Assembly (NCBI GenBank): GCA_016931695.1
Contig: JAFGEI010000025.1
Coordinates: 7,266 to 71,265 of the forward strand
Length of the DNA stretch: 64,000 nt
Reading direction: 5' to 3'
DNA from: Anaerolineae bacterium
Lineage (GTDB): Bacteria > Chloroflexota > Anaerolineae > B4-G1 > DUEL01
Positions 62,457 to 64,000 of this stretch are shown here, piece after piece. Every line of letters begins with the position of its first letter. Position 1 is the stretch's first letter. The notes beneath the pieces are model-generated. The model was not told the DNA's origin. It saw only the letters and a program-made list of their open reading frames with translations, and made no database searches. Both the position numbers and the translations under genes were made by a program.

Positions 62457-63441
62457 TGCCGGCGGCAGCCTGCTCGAGCTGTCGCGCCACGTCCTCGCGC
62501 AGGAGCGACAGCACCTGCTCTTGTGCTTCCTCGAGCGGGCCGGGAACCAGGCAGCCGGAGGCGAGGGCGTGCCCGCCGCCGCCAAGGGACAGGGCGATCC
62601 TGGAGACGTCAAAGCCCGGCACGGCGCGGAACCCGACCTCGATCTGCCCGTCTTCGCGCTCGGTAAAGACGGCCGAGGCGACGACTTCCTGAGCCCCGAT
62701 GAGCAGGTTTGAAAGTCCTGAGCTGGCATAGCTGTTGAGGCCGACCGCCCGCTGTACCGCTATGGGGACGCTGGTCCAGACGACGCCGTCCGCCGCCTCC
62801 AGCCGCGAGAGCGCGATGCCCCACAGCTTGATCGTCGGCAGCGACCGCTGGTCGAGGGTGCGGAAGGTGATGGTCGTCAGCGGCGCGCCCGCCTGCATCA
62901 GCTCGATCGCGATTTGCAACACCTCGGCGGTCACGTTGGACGTGCGAAAGCTCCGCGTGTCGGTAACCAGGCCGGTGAGAAGCGGGCCAGCGATCCGTTC
63001 GTCGATGGGAATCTCCAGGTAGCGGAAAAGCTGGTAGAGAATGTGGGTCGTCGATACCGCGGCGACGTCCACCAGGTTGACCATCCCGAACTGCAGGTTG
63101 GTGACGTGGTGGTCGACGTTCAACAGGGGCAGGGAATCCACCCCTGCAAGGTCGCCGATGCTGCCCATGCGGAACGGATCGGAACAGTCGAGGCAGATCA
63201 GCAGGTCAAAGGCCCCGGTTGGATTGGAGGTAATCTGGTTCGTCCCGGCAAGAAAACCAAAACGCTGCGGTATGGCGTCCTGGCAGGATAGGGTTGGTTC
63301 TTTGCCCAACGCGCGCAGGGCCCAGCCCATGCCAAGGAGGCTGCCCACGGCATCGCCATCTGGGGCGATGTGGGTCACCAGGAGCGGGTGGGTGCAGCTC
63401 AGCAGCAGGTTACGGCTCTGACTCAGGGCCTCCGGATTCAT
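62434..63441 (-). CDS. nrnA: DHH/DHHA1 phosphoesterase (NrnA-like oligoribonuclease / pAp phosphatase)
   Basis: HIAPDGDAVGS (DHH motif I), LDCSD and DHH at VDHHVTN are present. The C-terminus carries a GGGH motif (LSLGGGGHALASG). Confidence 0.85.
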   Translation of the reverse strand: MNPEALSQSRNLLLSCTHPLLVTHIAPDGDAVGSLLGMGWALRALGKEPTLSCQDAIPQRFGFLAGTNQITSNPTGAFDLLICLDCSDPFRMGSIGDLAGVDSLPLLNVDHHVTNLQFGMVNLVDVAAVSTTHILYQLFRYLEIPIDERIAGPLLTGLVTDTRSFRTSNVTAEVLQIAIELMQAGAPLTTITFRTLDQRSLPTIKLWGIALSRLEAADGVVWTSVPIAVQRAVGLNSYASSGLSNLLIGAQEVVASAVFTEREDGQIEVGFRAVPGFDVSRIALSLGGGGHALASGCLVPGPLEEAQEQVLSLLREDVARQLEQAAAGNERHPQP

Positions 63442-63781
63442 CGGTTAACAACTCGTCGAGGAGGCGGGAGATGCGTTCGCCCCGCTCCAGGGAATCGTCC
63501 AGGTAAAAGACCAATTCGGGCGTATTGCGCAGGCGGATTCGCTTTCCCAGCTCGCGGCGTAGGAACCCGGCTGCGCTGCGCAATCCCTCCAGCGCTTCCG
63601 CCTGCTCCTCCGGCCCGCCAAAGGTGCTAAAGTAGACGTGGGCGCGGGTGACGTCGGGGGTCACTTTGACCCCGGTGATGGTCACCATGTGAATTCGCGG
63701 ATCGTTGACCCGCGTCTGCAGTAGCTCGGTCAGGTGAACGCGGATCATTTCCGCGGCCCGCCCCAGGTATTTCTTACTCAT
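63410..63781 (-). CDS. rbfA: Ribosome-binding factor A
   Basis: RVNDPRIHMVTITGVKVTPDVTRAHVYFS is the RbfA KH-fold pattern. The start codon overlaps the infB stop by 1 nt. Confidence 0.9.
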   Translation of the reverse strand: MSKKYLGRAAEMIRVHLTELLQTRVNDPRIHMVTITGVKVTPDVTRAHVYFSTFGGPEEQAEALEGLRSAAGFLRRELGKRIRLRNTPELVFYLDDSLERGERISRLLDELLTDESGGPESEP

Positions 63782-64000
63782 CAATCAGCAGTTTTTTCTC
63801 TTTCCATCACATAGAACTCGATGACGTCGTTTTCTTGGAAATCGTGGAAATCTTCCAATCCCACGCCGCATTCAAAACCGGTCCGCACTTCGCGCACGTC
63901 CTTTTCAAAGCGCTTGAGGGAGGAGACGTGGCCATCGTGGATTTCCTGCCCCGTGCGCAGGACGCGCACCTTGGCGTTGCGTCGCACTTCCCCCTCAATG
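63781..64000 (-). CDS. infB: Translation initiation factor IF-2, C-terminal end only (gene continues beyond window)
   Basis: VRVLRTGQEIHDGHVSSLKRFEKDVREVRTGFECGVGLEDFHDFQENDVIEFY is the IF-2 C2 beta-barrel. Synteny infB-rbfA-truB-ribF supports the call. Confidence 0.85.
   Translation of the reverse strand, partial: IEGEVRRNAKVRVLRTGQEIHDGHVSSLKRFEKDVREVRTGFECGVGLEDFHDFQENDVIEFYVMEREKTAD

Overview
This is a high-GC (about 65-70%) bacterial chromosomal segment. Codon and protein style look Chloroflexota-like, but that is an inference. The window is densely packed with about 48 protein-coding genes, mostly housekeeping plus a few accessory-looking clusters.

Genes I recognise, in order:
- a TetR regulator with its own palindromic operator and an ABC-2 permease
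- ogt
- the infC-rpmI-rplT operon, with infC using a non-AUG (AUC) start behind a good SD
- cspA and an RRM RNA-binding protein
- a three-gene xanthine-dehydrogenase-family molybdoenzyme operon (FAD, 2Fe-2S, Mo subunits)
- a heterodimeric ABC exporter pair
- an ssb-like gene and secA
- add, argS, dcd and galK
- rpoC on the minus strand, uncoupled from rpoB and carrying an acidic 27-bp tandem-repeat tail
- PBP1A
- a secreted GH57 plus a GH13 lipoprotein starch cluster, with an alkaline-phosphatase-superfamily enzyme, a sugar-phosphate isomerase and a GAF protein
- the conserved ribF-truB-nrnA-rbfA-infB(partial) block

I found no rRNA, tRNA, CRISPR array or obvious mobile element.

Uncharacterised candidates:
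- a leaderless, translationally coupled operon of three paralogous zinc-ribbon proteins (9273-11646)
- a cluster of a small wHTH-like protein, a single-domain KaiC/RecA-like ATPase and two paralogous small membrane proteins, stop/start-coupled to add (31359-34240)
- a membrane protein with a degenerate PP2C-like (pseudo-phosphatase) domain fused to an extracytoplasmic propeller-like domain
- a STAND NTPase with an inverted SARP architecture (AAA-TPR-wHTH-BTAD)

Recurrent sequence-level signals:
- TGnTATAAT extended -10 boxes placed 6-10 nt from ATG, consistent with leaderless mRNAs
- 4-nt ATGA stop/start overlaps, widespread
- a GGATGGGCC...GGCCCATCC palindromic element present at two convergent intergenic sites

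All calls are from reading the sequence and ORF track. No database searches were run.
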